Positions 1 through 13,604 of a DNA stretch of 64,000 nt are shown here, in pieces; positions within the stretch are counted from its first letter, which is position 1, and the number at the start of each line of letters is the position of its first letter. The position numbers and the translations under genes are program-made. The stretch comes from Trichoplax adhaerens. Its lineage: Eukaryota > Animalia > Placozoa. Under the pieces are notes generated by a model. The model was not told the DNA's origin. It made no database searches and worked only from the letters and a program-made list of their open reading frames with translations. The DNA lies in the NCBI RefSeq assembly GCF_000150275.1, contig NW_002060947.1, positions 4,082,335 to 4,146,334 on the forward strand, in the 5' to 3' direction.

Positions 1-26
1 ATCGATATAAATTTACTTTATTACAG

Positions 27-592
27 ATCTGGAGAACAGACCTGCTTACAATGTATCGATCAACACCCTAATCAACCCCACGTTGCTATAACTGGTAGTC
101 ATGATGGTTCTATCATTATTTGGGATCTTCGCCAAGATAAATACCCAACAGTTGTTCTAAAAGCCCATATGAGTACAGGTATAGAGTAAAAAATATTCAG
201 TTCTTTAATCGAATTTATGTGTTATAGTTTTTAAATTGCAATGTTAATATAATAATTTATGTTACACTTTAGTTTGGGAAGTCAGATTCCATCGTCACTT
301 CCCAAATAACTTATTTACTTGCTCTGATGATGGCTCAATTTGGCACTGGGATGGATCTTTGATTACTTCTACTAATTTACCAACATCTATCCGTAACTTT
401 TCCGATATTGAACCTGCCAATGCTACAAATCCTTGGTTGATCAGTGATGTTATAAGAAACAAAATAAGAATTACCAGTGTTGCTCCTCACAATAAATTGC
501 CTATTAATAGCTGTGACATCATAAATCAGGACTTGATATGTGGGACCGATGGCGAAGCAATAATAATTGCGCAAGATCTACTACTGAAATAA
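27..592 (+). CDS. NUP43: Nucleoporin Nup43 (WD40), last two exons (27-178, 273-592); 5' part lies outside the window
   Basis: Spliced translation CLQCIDQHPNQPHVAITGSHDGSIIIWDLRQ...KAHMSTVWEVRFHRHFPNNLFTCSDDGSIWHWD matches the Nup43 C-terminal WD repeats; GT-AG intron 179-272. Confidence 0.92.
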
Positions 593-3500
593 AACAGCCA
601 GCATCATGACGATTCCTTGAGAAAAATCTGTACAAATTTTTTCAGTAGTATATTACTAATGTGGTCGATATATTCTGCTCATATTATTAATTACCTACGC
701 CATTCTAAAAATTTATTTGATATTTCTTGAAGTATTTAATGGTAATTATTGTATATTATCAATTCTTGAATTGTATGATCCAAGACTGATGTTGTTTTCC
801 CTGATAAAGCGGAAGTATTGTTTCATAGCTTAACATAAAACAAATTTGGGACATACGAGTAGATTGCACTATCATGACAATTGTATCACATCTTCAAGTC
901 AGCACTTCATTTTCGACGTTAATTACTCCATCAATAAAATTTAAGTACATTCATGATAACGTCGAATCTAATATAATACCGCAAAGATATAAAGTCTAAT
1001 ATTCGTACGCTAAATTTCATCATAAGAATACACTTATTCCCTGAGAAATTAGTTGTTGAAGTACGACCTGTACATATTTGCACTGTAGTCTCCAAATGGC
1101 AATTATTTTCTAGAGAGAATGATGTCATTATCATGGGATGGGTGTCGCGAATGGTGGATTGCCAAACAGATATGATCCATCATGGAACAAACGATATTAT
1201 TTAACGACTATCAATATTTTTCACTTTATTGTTTAATGTAGGTCTTGATTTAAATATTTTTGAGCAAAGAATTTTAAATTTAATACTTGAAGAATGTTTA
1301 CCAGTACTTAGTATATTTAGTAAATAAAGCATACATTTACCTTGGTAACGACTATACACACCATTTACATGTGCTTATACGTATGATCGTGAAAATGATA
1401 AATTAAAATTTCAATAGTATTCCAACATATTAATATTAATCTTGACACCTTTTGCTAAATACTTTCAAAATCCAATTATATATCTAAATAAAATCTATTT
1501 CATTAGTACATTTCTTTCTATACTCATGAATATTAAAGCAATAAGGAAAACTTTAACAACCCCTTCAAATAGTTGTTTAACTTTCTTAATAAACAGAAAG
1601 ATATTAATTCCTTTGTGCGCTATGAAAATATTTTTCGATATTAATAATAGCAACTTTTAATAGACACGCTTTCATTTTTCCATTTTAAAAAATAGTAAGG
1701 CTACGTAATCAAATTTATAATGTCTGTGATGTAATAACTACGTAATCATTTTTCTTTACAAGCAGAACGATAAAGAAACTTAGAAGAATTTGGCTCAGGA
1801 ATGCAATTATACAAAAATTGCTATTTCGATAAATATTTAGTTTTCCCATAAATACCGTGACGGTAGATGGCACGGTAAATGTACATATACAAAGCATTAA
1901 GTTAGTTTTATTAGCTTTCCTCCAATAGCATTAGGGTTAAAGTATATAAATGTGAGGGAGAAACGTGATACATTTGATTAATTTTTTTTTTAATTATCTG
2001 ATAAAAATTTTAAAACTTTATAGCGCATGAATACTGTTACAGGTGATATTTATGCGATTGTGAATGCTTTAGAACATTTAATATTAGGTAGTATTGCCGT
2101 GAAGAAGATTATTTATAGTTGAGAAATAACGAATATCATAAGGCAGGATTCTTCTTAAAAAACTATCGTAGCTAATAGACCGACAATAAGCTTCATTTTG
2201 TCATAAGCCGTACAAAACTAAAATTAATAAAAAGATATTCCTAGGTTAAATGAATGAATGCTTAATATTTAAGCTCGTATACTTCTTACGCCGTTGTTAA
2301 AACAAATAATAAAAACTAAAAGTATACCTCAAAGCTCATATTCATGTTCAATTATAAATAAGCGTATACTGATATTCCCGCGTACGTGCACATGCGGGTA
2401 TTTAGTTATTACTCATTACTGCTGAAGAGGTACTCGTATTTAAACAGAGCGACCCATATAATAACAATGAGATTAATTCATATCAGTTTTTGAGTTAAAT
2501 TATAATTTAATTAATGATATTAAGCTAGCTCATTTAAAATTTACCCTAATCCTGTATTACTATTCATGGATTTATTCTGTTATAGTCAAGTTAGACGCAC
2601 AATAGAATACAAAATAAAATGTATCCAATTAACTGAAGCACAGTAAATAAGCTGGCTATCCCGTGTGTCAGGCTCGAAGCTGCTAGTACTTAGATCCTAC
2701 ATTGGTATTACTGTATCAATACAGTAATGATAATGAATTATAAATTACTAGCCATAACAACCGCCACTTTTCTGATGTTTAAATTCTGGTATCATTATTT
2801 ACTTAAGTAGTAGTTTACGATTCTTATATTCTCAGCATATCTATACTGACAGTAGTAATTGCCGTTATAAAGTTATTTCAGTAATTTCCTTTACTATGCG
2901 CCGTAACGATCTAATTCTATTTGCTGTATAATATGTGTAATACAAGTATGTGAAAAGTCTAAGAATATTAAACCAGGTAGAAATTCATGATAACGCCATC
3001 TGGTATTTGAAATTACGCACCATGAATTCACTTTTTACAGTTAATTCGCTCATCACTAGTGCATACTATATAGGATTTAGCAATTTTTATGAAAGTAGTT
3101 AGAAGAAACATACGCATAAGAGCCAATTATCAGTGTTACACAAAATGCTTTTATTTTGATAATTCTAATGTTGGAGGTACTTAGTAGCTACATATTTTTC
3201 TTGCAAGTCAACAATGAAGACCAGTAATCTACTTGAGTATGAGTTACAAGTTCATCTGAAACATTTTTAATTTAATTTAATTATTTCAAATATTCAGACA
3301 ATAATGTACCTATGATTACAGTACATTAAATACAATATTAACTTCAAATCAGTCGTACTTGACAGCACTGTACTTAAAAATTAAAAGAGTTGAAAGTTTA
3401 GAATAAGATATCCTTTTGCTAGAAATTATAGTACGCATTTGTATACAATATCATCCACATAACAGTAGAAATATGATTAACGATTACTATCGAATATTGA

Positions 3501-4130
3501 TTAGCTTAGAGAACAGATAATAATTCCTAGAATATTAGTTTTATCAATTTTGCAAGTGTGGACAAGGCCTATTTCAAAGAATTACAAATTATACGAATTA
3601 TGAATCATTTCGTAAATTTTAATAGCACTCTCCCTCAGTCCTATTCATTACTTATAATACCGTACAGGGATAACATTCAAATATTATCAGTCAGAGACAA
3701 TATTTCAAATTATTTAGTCGAGACAGATTAATATCAATATTTCTCACATCTTATGGAATCATTATTATAATTGATATATATATATAATTACGAAAGTTTG
3801 GTCATAATATATCCATACCATTAGCTAATATTACATTTTATGTACTAATGTGGCGTACCAAATTTTATACAATAGTAACGTCTTTATAGAAGACAAAATT
3901 TATACTTGTGAAGGGTAACAATGGTAATCCGTTCACTATAATATCTACACTAAGGTGATTATAGCAACGCTTATACGGCCATTAATTGTTCCTAACGGAT
4001 AGACAAGGCGTGAACAGATGTAAGAACCCAGTAACAGGCTACTGTCTGTTTTGTGTAAATATAACTAAACCAAAAGCCAACATCAAAGTTGATGCAATTA
4101 ATTTTTTTTATATTGTGTCTTATTTTATAG

Positions 4131-7100
4131 CTATACAGCCCTATCAAAATAAGTTGCACCATGTTGTCTAGGTGGGGCACAAGGCGCTGGCCAATTCGAC
4201 ATGTCTGGTCTTCCTCTTTGTGGTGGTCGCGCCTGTGGCCTCTGTATTGGCTGTATACGATTAATAGTAGGTTGATTATTATTATAAGCTCTTGATCCAC
4301 GATGATCGAAGGATTGCTCATTGTCTATCGACAATGTTTGCAGTCTGGACTCCAAAGGTAATGGATGGGATTGCATTCTAAAATCATTTATGGATCGACC
4401 GGATTCCATTGCTTGATCTCCACATGACCATCCACGACTTTGAACCTCAGTATTGCTATTGTGAGCATACATACCAGATGAAGTATTCCCATTTGGATAC
4501 ATGCGTGTATCATAATCATTCCGTCCATGTTGCATTCGATGACTATCTGGGCCAGTCCTGTATGAGGAGTAACCTATATTTTGTCGTCCATAATCCTCTC
4601 TTCTACTATCATAACTAGAAAAGTGATTATTTGTATCTTTGTAATCCCAACCACCATTGAACTTAGGCCCACCAGATACAGGGCTTGGGCCAAATTCTCG
4701 AGCTACGATCCAATTTGAAGTGCCAGCAAACATATCCATGTTTGACTTGGTAGCAATTGATCCATCGTTCATCATAGGGTTAACAGGCGGCTTCATAAGA
4801 GATTCGCTGTGATCTTCTCTCAATTTTTCAGGATGAACATATTTACACTTATTCCCGTATGTACAACGTCGACCATAAGGACAGATCGTCGCTTCAGTAT
4901 CGGATTCCACACCGCTACATAAGAACATATCTAAAGTTGGACCATGACGACCTAATGGGTCTTCTACTGGCATAAAGGTATCGCCGACAAAAGAATACAT
5001 TAATAACTGCTTTTCTATTACCTTTCTCCATTTCGGTGATTCATGCTGTATATCACGAAAGTTATCATTTGAAACTATTATTCCGTCTTTTTCCGCAGCT
5101 AATTTGACTACGAAGTAATCATCGTGATGTGCTCGACGTTTGCCACGAACACGCCGTGATGGAGTAAAAACTAGAAATCCTTGTGATTCTAATTGTGTTA
5201 GTATATCTTGCTCACAAATAGGGGCATCAGGCTTTGGAGCTTCTTTGCGCCACTCAGGAACGAAAGCTGTGATTTCTCTATGACCACGATTCAAAAAGTA
5301 CTGCACGCAGACTTGTATCCCTCGACAAGAGAATATTTTTTTACCACCATGGCTATTGTTATTAATGTGATAAGAATAAAACATGTTTTTATTATTATTA
5401 ACATTAGAATAGGGTCATGTGATTTTGACGTCATATTGCATTATTCGAGTCGAAAGGTTGTAAGGTACAGTATAAATCCAATTAAACATATTATGATAAT
5501 AAAAACACATAACAATTGAGACTGCAATTTATTAATACACACAAATACGGTTGCTAAAGTATCAATAACACGTAAACACCTCTACTTATTTTATGGTATA
5601 CTGTATATTGAAGTAATTGAACTGATAATGAATTATATACTTTAACATATGTATAGTATAGTGCAAGATTCTCAGTAAAATATATTTATATATTTAGCAA
5701 TTTTCAACTAGAAACTGGAAATTTGAATTTAAAATTGTAATGTTGCTACGTGTATAATATAATAATACGCCTATCAAAAATCCTTTCTTTCATACAGTAT
5801 ACTGTATACTAATTTTCAACTTATCATAATCGAATGTTAACGTAGACATGATCGATGTATGACCAGGCTATAAACTAGGTGTATTAGGATTATAATTAAA
5901 AGCCACAGAACCGTTACGAAAATCCCTATATAGTACTGTACTGCAAGATAACTAAAAATACTGACGGATAGCTTATACAATGCGATATAGTACTCTGGTA
6001 TAACAATGTTGAAAGATATTTATACCGTATACTAAGTATTTTGGATTTTACTACTATTGTTAGTCAAGTGCTTACCTCATAGCTAAGTTGCTGCCATCAA
6101 TAACGATATGTTTATACTTTAATTTGACATTCTGATTTTTATCAACCTTTTCGGAAGAGTTGAACTGTTGAGCAATTTCTTCTAAAGATATTCTGTGCAT
6201 CTTTCCAGAAGAAACCTCTAAATCTTTGGCATTTTCAATAAGTTTCTTTAAGAAAGCATCTATACTTGGGAGCTAAGGACAAAGAAGCAGTTTCTAGATC
6301 AATTCTCTGACTATACAGCTACCATTAAGCAAAGCAAAATGTAACGATGGCAGCTATCAATTATACTCATTTATACGTTAGTATAAAAAGTCAAAAAATT
6401 GTTTTGAATTTTCGTCTAGCCACGTACTGTACTGTACTGTACTTTACCTGAAAGATGGGTGTGAAAAATAAAAAATTACAGTACAGTACAATACAATACA
6501 ATACTATACTATACTATACTTCTAGAGTAACTAATGCAGGGCAACATACACTATTGAAACTCCATACTGTAGTCGTATTGCTGTACTTGACAAAAATGTT
6601 TTACACCTGTCCCATTCTCCTGTGAGTCGCAACTAATCCGGTATAGTACTATAGCGAAAAAAAAAACTTGCCGTTGTACCGTTTCTTCGATATGTTATTA
6701 CTTATAACAATACTGTATAGTATGTTACATAATGTTCAGAGCACAGTATTCATTCAGTGACGTCTGTATGGTAGTATGTAGCGCTTAACGCTGGGTCTTT
6801 TTTTTTTTTATCGTAAAAAAAATATTCTATTTTTATGAAATTTTCAAGATTTACTTTCATCATTCAATCATTTCATTCAAAATAAGAATGCCGATCTAAT
6901 TTTAATATTTTCATCATCAATGTCAAGCAGTACACTTACACTTAATGACTGATCCAATTCTTGCAATACAAGCTTTACAACATCTTTTGAATAACCACTT
7001 TTCTTGGCAAAATTTTTCAACTGTTCTACAATCTCCTCACGCGATAAGTTTTCTTCTGAAGATCCTGAATACAGAGGACTTTCGTTACTATTGTCAAGAA

Positions 7101-7176
7101 CTTTGCCAGAACTAGACGTAGACGACCATGAGCGCGCAGTGATATAGTTATTCGGTAATAAATTACTATTCATCAT
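4131..7176 (-). CDS. ZC3H12: Regnase/MCPIP-family PIN ribonuclease with CCCH zinc finger; exons 7176-6940, 6272-6076, 5352-4131
   Basis: N-terminal domain FAKKSGYSKDVVKLVL; PIN motifs IVIDGSNLAMS|HG, FTPSRRV, DDYF, VSNDNFRD, FMPVEDPLGRHGP; zinc finger CPYGRRCTYGNKCKYVHP; phase-compatible GT-AG introns. Confidence 0.95.
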
Positions 7177-8297
7177 ATTTGGGGGTTTATAGTCAATAAG
7201 TCTGTAATGTTAATTTATCCTACGTAATGGAGCGTTTAAAGAGTTGATCTTCTCTTCTGACTAAAAATTCAGTGCCGTCTTGAACGATCTACGATATGGA
7301 AAGGGTGACGAAAGCGGAGTATATTCCGGGTATGTTTTATCGCTGAATAAACGACTTGAAAGGGTCAAAATTGTGAAATCTTTTCGTTGAAAAAGTAATC
7401 AGATTTGTTCTTTCAATGCGGTACAGTACTACGCTGTACTTGAACTGATGTGATCTGTCATCAAAAAGGCAAGAATTGAAAAACGAAACAATTTATTAGT
7501 CAAAATCATTGCGTAAATTACAGTAAGTGAATTGTAAGCCAACAGCACCATTAGTAGGAAATAGACTCAAAACTGCGTAAAATGTCTTTGTAGACGCTTT
7601 TTAATGAAACGATAACGAATGTGCAATGGAATACTGGCGTTAGACTACATTCAAAATGTCAATTTCAATAACGTTTTCATCTTTCGATTGATACGTATGG
7701 TGCCACCGCACCATAGTCTATAGCGATCGTTAAAAAATACGCTTATGTAATTTCAGTAACGTGCGAATAGATTGGTATGTTGAACGAATGACAACGAGCA
7801 TGATCCATTTCTATGAACGTTTTAAACTAAGGAAGAGTAGAGACTTGGTGATGAAAAAACTGACGACATCGAGATCAAGTTTATAGCTTAAAATTGTTGT
7901 TTAGAAAAATCACTTTTCACTTACTTTCTACGATCGATTTTCTCAGCGAATAATTTCCATTCCCTTTTTTTTCTTCTTGTTCACAGTGTTTCTTACAGCA
8001 CGCTATGCTACAAACTAACACAATTTCTCCCTCCCAACGGGACTTATATACTATGTCAAAGCTTTGTATTGTACCTTTCTCAAGTGCACACCACTGTCTA
8101 GTATGGAACAGAAAGCAAATGCATAGTTCCGCGTTCAAGTCCTACCCGGTACTATACAGTATAGTGCCGCACCGCAGTGCACGTGTCTCAGTATCTACAG
8201 TACAGTACTGTAGTTAGGGCAGTACAATACTGTACTGTACGTACTGTAGATCAAACCCAAAAATAACAATAGCAGTACTGTACAGTACATTGTACTG

Positions 8298-8496
8298 TAC
8301 ACTGTACTGTACAATCTGATTATTTTCGATGTCTATCCTTGGTTCAAAAATCAAAGTTGTATTCCGTTGAAATTCCTGTATAGTATTTATACATACCCTG
8401 AGTTATTAGGCTACAGCCAAGTATAGAATTGATCTAGTTTGGGCCTGATTTAGCTTATACAATTCTATGTTTTCAGGGTGCCATGGAAAAGAATCA
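8298..8496 (-). repeat. Dispersed ~200 bp element, copy 1 (inverted relative to 17020-17226)
   Basis: Reverse complement aligns to 17020-17226 with a 46 bp identical core (8337-8382 vs 17144-17189). Confidence 0.9.
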
Positions 8497-8694
8497 TAGT
8501 GTACACAGTACGTCAATAAATGAATTCCTACAATATATTGTACACTGTAACCTCGATGTGAAAGCAATGTTGTACACAGTATACGGTACTGTACGGTATA
8601 CAGTACTCTACGGTACTGTCAATACGGCAGTAATGAACAACGATCAAGTTTTACTTCCGGGTTCGGAAGAATTCCCGGAAGACGCAAGATACCC

Positions 8695-8751
8695 GTCTAC
8701 AGACACTATACTCGTCTACAGACACTATGCTCGTCGACAGACACTATACTG
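8695..8751. repeat. 19 bp minisatellite x3 (gtctacagacactatactc)
   Basis: Three near-identical adjacent units read directly. Confidence 0.85.
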
Positions 8752-9774
8752 TACATTGTACAGGCCTGTAAAGCGTCTATGATGAAACTTTGCCTTTCAG
8801 CGCTAGCCGGCATAGCTTTCGGGTATACGCTGGTAGTACATAATAGTAGTTCTTTTATCAATTCACTTTCGGATCATATGGAATATACTTTCGTCTTAAT
8901 GATATTGTTTAACAAACTATCCGCTTTTTGTCATATTATTAAAACTTAGCCAATAATAGTATAGTTGTAATTAGCTCCATTATTCATTTCTATCATTGTC
9001 GTACTGTACTGTACACAGTACGACACTAATCCTACACATTGCACTCGCATGAATGTCTACCGAAAATCGTCAATCTGTTTTTAATTACAATCAGTCAGAG
9101 CAATGGAAAGTAAAATAGAGAAAATATACGGCCTTAATTGAACCCTTAATAGAAAATAGAGGTGAGAAATGAGAATATAAAGAAGGCACATTCAATCAGT
9201 ATAGCGCTGCTACACCATCAATTATTACCTGTACCTCTTTGAGGTAATTTGTAATGGTGAACAGTCACGGACTCCATTTTTACTGTATAGATAGTATAGT
9301 CATCCATGACAGAATGAACCCGTATATGTTTGGGTCGTGCTCACCCTTTTTCCAATTTTGAAAAATTATCACTATTAAACTAGGCAAAAATACATTTTTA
9401 GGGGACTGTACTTGAGACATTCCGTAAAAAAAAAAAAATAGACACTCCCCTAGATATTTTACAGCAATATGTACAGACAGTACAGTACAGGAGTCATCGA
9501 CTACTGGAAACCACTAGAAGCATAGAGAATATACCTCTAAGAACTAGAAATTCCAAGTGTAGACGTAGTATTAACTTCAAAGAAAGTTATAATCAATTCG
9601 GAGAAAACCTCGGTAAAACATTACCAGACTGTCAATGGATTGGCCATAATACCGTAATAAAATATTTGCATAACCCTAAAATAAACTTCATATATAGCGT
9701 TCTGCATTCCCAAAAAATCAACACAAAACTAAATATAATGTACCACGCATGCGTAAAAAAGAACTTTCAGCGCA

Positions 9775-9981
9775 TGTACACTATTGTACAGTACATCCAG
9801 TGTACAGTACACTCACTCACAGTACTGTACTGTACAGTACAGTATGACGCTTCGCATTCGTGCACTCGTCTGCGCTGCCTCTTTAGCCTCGGACTGTCAG
9901 CTGCCAGGACAAAAACGAGAAGTGGAGTGCTTGCTAAATACAGTACAGTACAGTACAGTACGTACTGTACTGTGTACTGTA
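9775..9981. promoter_or_regulatory. TACAG/CTGTA pentamer cluster upstream of NDUFAF4 (putative promoter)
   Basis: Dense gtacagtacagtac/tactgtactg runs 150-350 bp upstream of ATG 10134. Confidence 0.5.
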
Positions 9982-10133
9982 GCAAGCACTCCACTAAAAG
10001 CTCCTTCTGCAAAGTTCTTCTTCTTCAAGGCGACCCTGACTTGATTTCTAGCTCCTCCTCATAGCGCTGTCACTGGACTATAGTAACTGTATAAATCAGA
10101 GACGTTAAGCAATAAATTAAAGTATAGACTAAA

Positions 10134-11972
10134 ATGGGCTCCGGTAGGTCCAGATTAGCTGGAACTGCTAAGGAATTGAAAAAAGGGGCAACTAATCGAG
10201 TTAGCTCTCCAAGACATCCAGGACACAGAGATCCAGAACCAAGTAAAAATCAATGATGCGTGGTTAAGTTGAAATTTCCTTCACTTGCCACTATCGGCAG
10301 TAAATACGTAGCAACTTGATATATTCATGCTGGATACTGCATATAGTCATTATTGCTATTTATAATCTGCAAATACACCGCATGCATTTGTTGATGATCA
10401 ACATTTCTTGCAATTGTAAACCAATGGAGTTAACAGACAAGGCTAGTAACTACTGGCTAATGATATAACTCTACTGGATGCTATAGCTTGTAGTCTCTTG
10501 CCTTTAGCTACAGAATGCTATCATTATACTTTAATTACTCTGCAAATGGAATGCATCCAGTCAAGCCATTACAGCACTTTAGTTCATGTACAGAAATTTA
10601 CTCTGCTTACAGCGTATTAATGGTAATTTAAATACATCGTAATCATGCATACATTGCTACGTATATTGCATAGGTATCTCATCAGCCTTAACTAATGCGA
10701 ATTACATCTTGTAATTACTTCCCGATTTTTCAACTTCGACATACTCTTACTTAAATTTACTTATTTGACATGTTTATTTAGCATTCAAGCCGGAAGAGTT
10801 ACTCAAGAAGGATTCTACCTTAAATGAAAGATTAAAGGGTCTTAGAGCTCAATCAAGAAAAATTGAGGTCTTTAGTTTATCACGATAGTTACTAATGCTT
10901 AAATTTATTGTTAATTATATATTTTATTTTACTGCACTAGTGCATGCACATTCTTGTACTATATTACCCATATCCCACAGATAGCAAATTGATTCCACAG
11001 TTCCCTAAAGTATAAGCAGAGATAGTCTTATTACTTTACCTAGAACTGTAACTATTAAGCCATACCTTGCGTATACTGTATATCGGAGCTCTTATAATAA
11101 AAGTAAAGTATAACTCTAATACCTATAATTGTCTTCTACCAATTATGTATCAGCGGTTGCTGATCCATCGATTGATTTTAAGCTGTAAGAATTTGCCGAT
11201 CAAATACACTGCAGTATATCTTAGGTTGTCATAATCGGCAGCTAGGCTTAGAAAATTTAATATAGCCGCTGCAGTACTGTTATAAACAGTTATATAGATT
11301 AAAGATTCGTACAGTATACCTGAAGATTCCTCTTCAGCAAACAGCAAGAAAACCACCTACAATAATCCATTTACCTTAGAAAACTATAAAGTCACTAATC
11401 CGTCACAAACCATTGCAATTGCTTTTATAAATGCGCAGCATATAAAGTATGGCTAATCCGGATATTACCATGTATTTTTAAACAGTATACGTGTATTTTT
11501 GAGTAATAAGAATACAACAGTTACGATAACTTACCCTTTATCCAAGAGTACTTAGTATACGTCGCATCCAATGTCTCCACTAAAATTATTTAATTTGTAC
11601 GGTCAACAGATCTTAATATCGAACTTATTAATATGCCATATTGTACTTTTATTAAAGATCCATGAAAATTTTCCAAACGAAGAATTGGTAAATTTAGCAT
11701 CTAATCGAAAGGTGCTGGTAACAACTAAAACTATAGATCCATCCGCTTATAACAACTATACTCCCGATGAAGTTCCGCCTGGCAAGTTAAATATGGAACA
11801 ACTTGTTACGTTATTTACACTATATCAGCATAAATCAATGCCAGTTGAAGAACTTGCTGAAAAATTTAAAATAGATTCTAAGGTGGCCCAAGATTTAGTT
11901 GATAGTTTCGCGTTATTTTCCTCACTTCGCAAACCCGAGCAGCAACCTAAGCCTGCTAGTGAAGAAAACTGA
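10134..11972 (+). CDS. NDUFAF4: Complex I assembly factor NDUFAF4 (C6orf66); exons 10134-10242, 10782-10867, 11658-11972
   Basis: MGSGR...SPRHP, KKDSTLNERLK, VPPGKLNMEQLVTLF...EELAEKFKID..LVDSF match family motifs (PRHP, KD..L...LK, PKGK). Confidence 0.82.
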
Positions 11973-13604
11973 TTTAAAAACTTGCAAGATAGATTATACG
12001 GTTTTTATATCTACTTATTGAAGCTGTAAAGGTATCAAAATTTATAGATATTAATACTGTAGACGAAATCGGCAACAACAAGATGTCACTACACTTCTTA
12101 AAACAATGTATTGCTAAGAATAATACTAGGCCCGGCAGCTCAGCAATTGTCAATCTAACAACATATAGCCTTAGGAGCTATGCTTTCGTTAGCTTCAATC
12201 GGGGATCTTCTGTAAATTTATTTTGTTTTTAATTTCTTGCATCGCAATACTCGCATATATGAAGCTATAAGCGGTGGAAAGAAAATTCGAATAAAATAAT
12301 TTATCCGATAACAGTACAACATTGACATGCTCGGTAATTATATATAAGAGATCGGTCAATGTATACTGTACATTGCCCGTAACATATATGTAATAAGTTA
12401 TAATTGATTTCCGTTAATTTACTCAGAATAGTTACTTTAGTGCTTTTGCTATAACCAAAAATTATGTTGCTTGACGTCTTAAAAGCTTCAATTTTGTATA
12501 AACTGTCAACGCAAAGTATGTATATCATTTGAAAACTTCAAGGTATCACACACTGTATACACTTCCTTCTTTCTATCAAATCAGTGTATTTTAAAAGATT
12601 AAATTTGAAACCACAAATTTCATCGTATCGACGTATGTATTATAATAAAATGATAAGTTTTATATCACACCAATGTTCAGGCGCACTATTATTCTTGTAC
12701 TACCGTCGAATACTTCATAGAACTCTAGCTATTTTTAATGGCACAAGTTGGAACGCTACGAGCAGTCGATATCCAACATTAAAATGAATTGTGATTAATA
12801 CGATCATACCCTAAAGTCTACTACCGGATTAAGGAAAATTTTCTATATCAGACTCAGAGTAAGGAATCGATAGAACGCCACACTATACTACAGTTAATTG
12901 CCAGTAATTCATCACGTGGCAGACGAAACATATGAATTTGCGATTGCTCGATATTAACGCTATAATACCATTATGGTGTTAAAAACATTCAAAGTCTTGC
13001 AAGTACACCTGATCAAGGTTCAGAGTTAGAAGTACTAATAATTACAGGACAGCTAATTAGAGTATATAACCAATGCAATTCATCTTTCGGTAAGCTAAAA
13101 TACGCATTCCAAACACTATTTAACCTTGTCAAAGGACAACAATTAATCATGAATTATTACTAAAGTATCCATTTATAAAATTTGTATACATCTAGGCATA
13201 TTATTTAACTTAGTATGTTACTGATACATGTCTTTGCACGAAAATTTTGGTAATACATAGAGGTATTCCGCTAACATTGACATGATGACAGGAATCAAAA
13301 TTTTTTGTTACAAATTTGGGTATTCTACATCGGCTGCGTTATATAAAATCATATTTTCCTATTGATACTTTTAATATGCAAGTATGTTACGTCGTAGTAA
13401 GGAATTCATCCATAGTTCTATTTCAAGCAATATAGAAATAATACCATAGTACAATATTAGAAACAAAATCAGCTCTTGATATTTTATGTCGTTATCCTAC
13501 AGTAAGTATTGCATAATAATCATCGCAAGTTTGATAGCTTACTAAGTATTTTCAATCATATAAGGTAAAATAATGTAAGGTAGTAATTTAATAGATATCG
13601 TCGT

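Noticed and set aside
9666-10064. ORFs rich in Y/S/T/V/Q/C (also 8483-8782, 17207-17840, 34873-35076, 61903-62578)
   Set aside because: Translation artefacts of TACAG/CTGTA repeats, which lack stop codons
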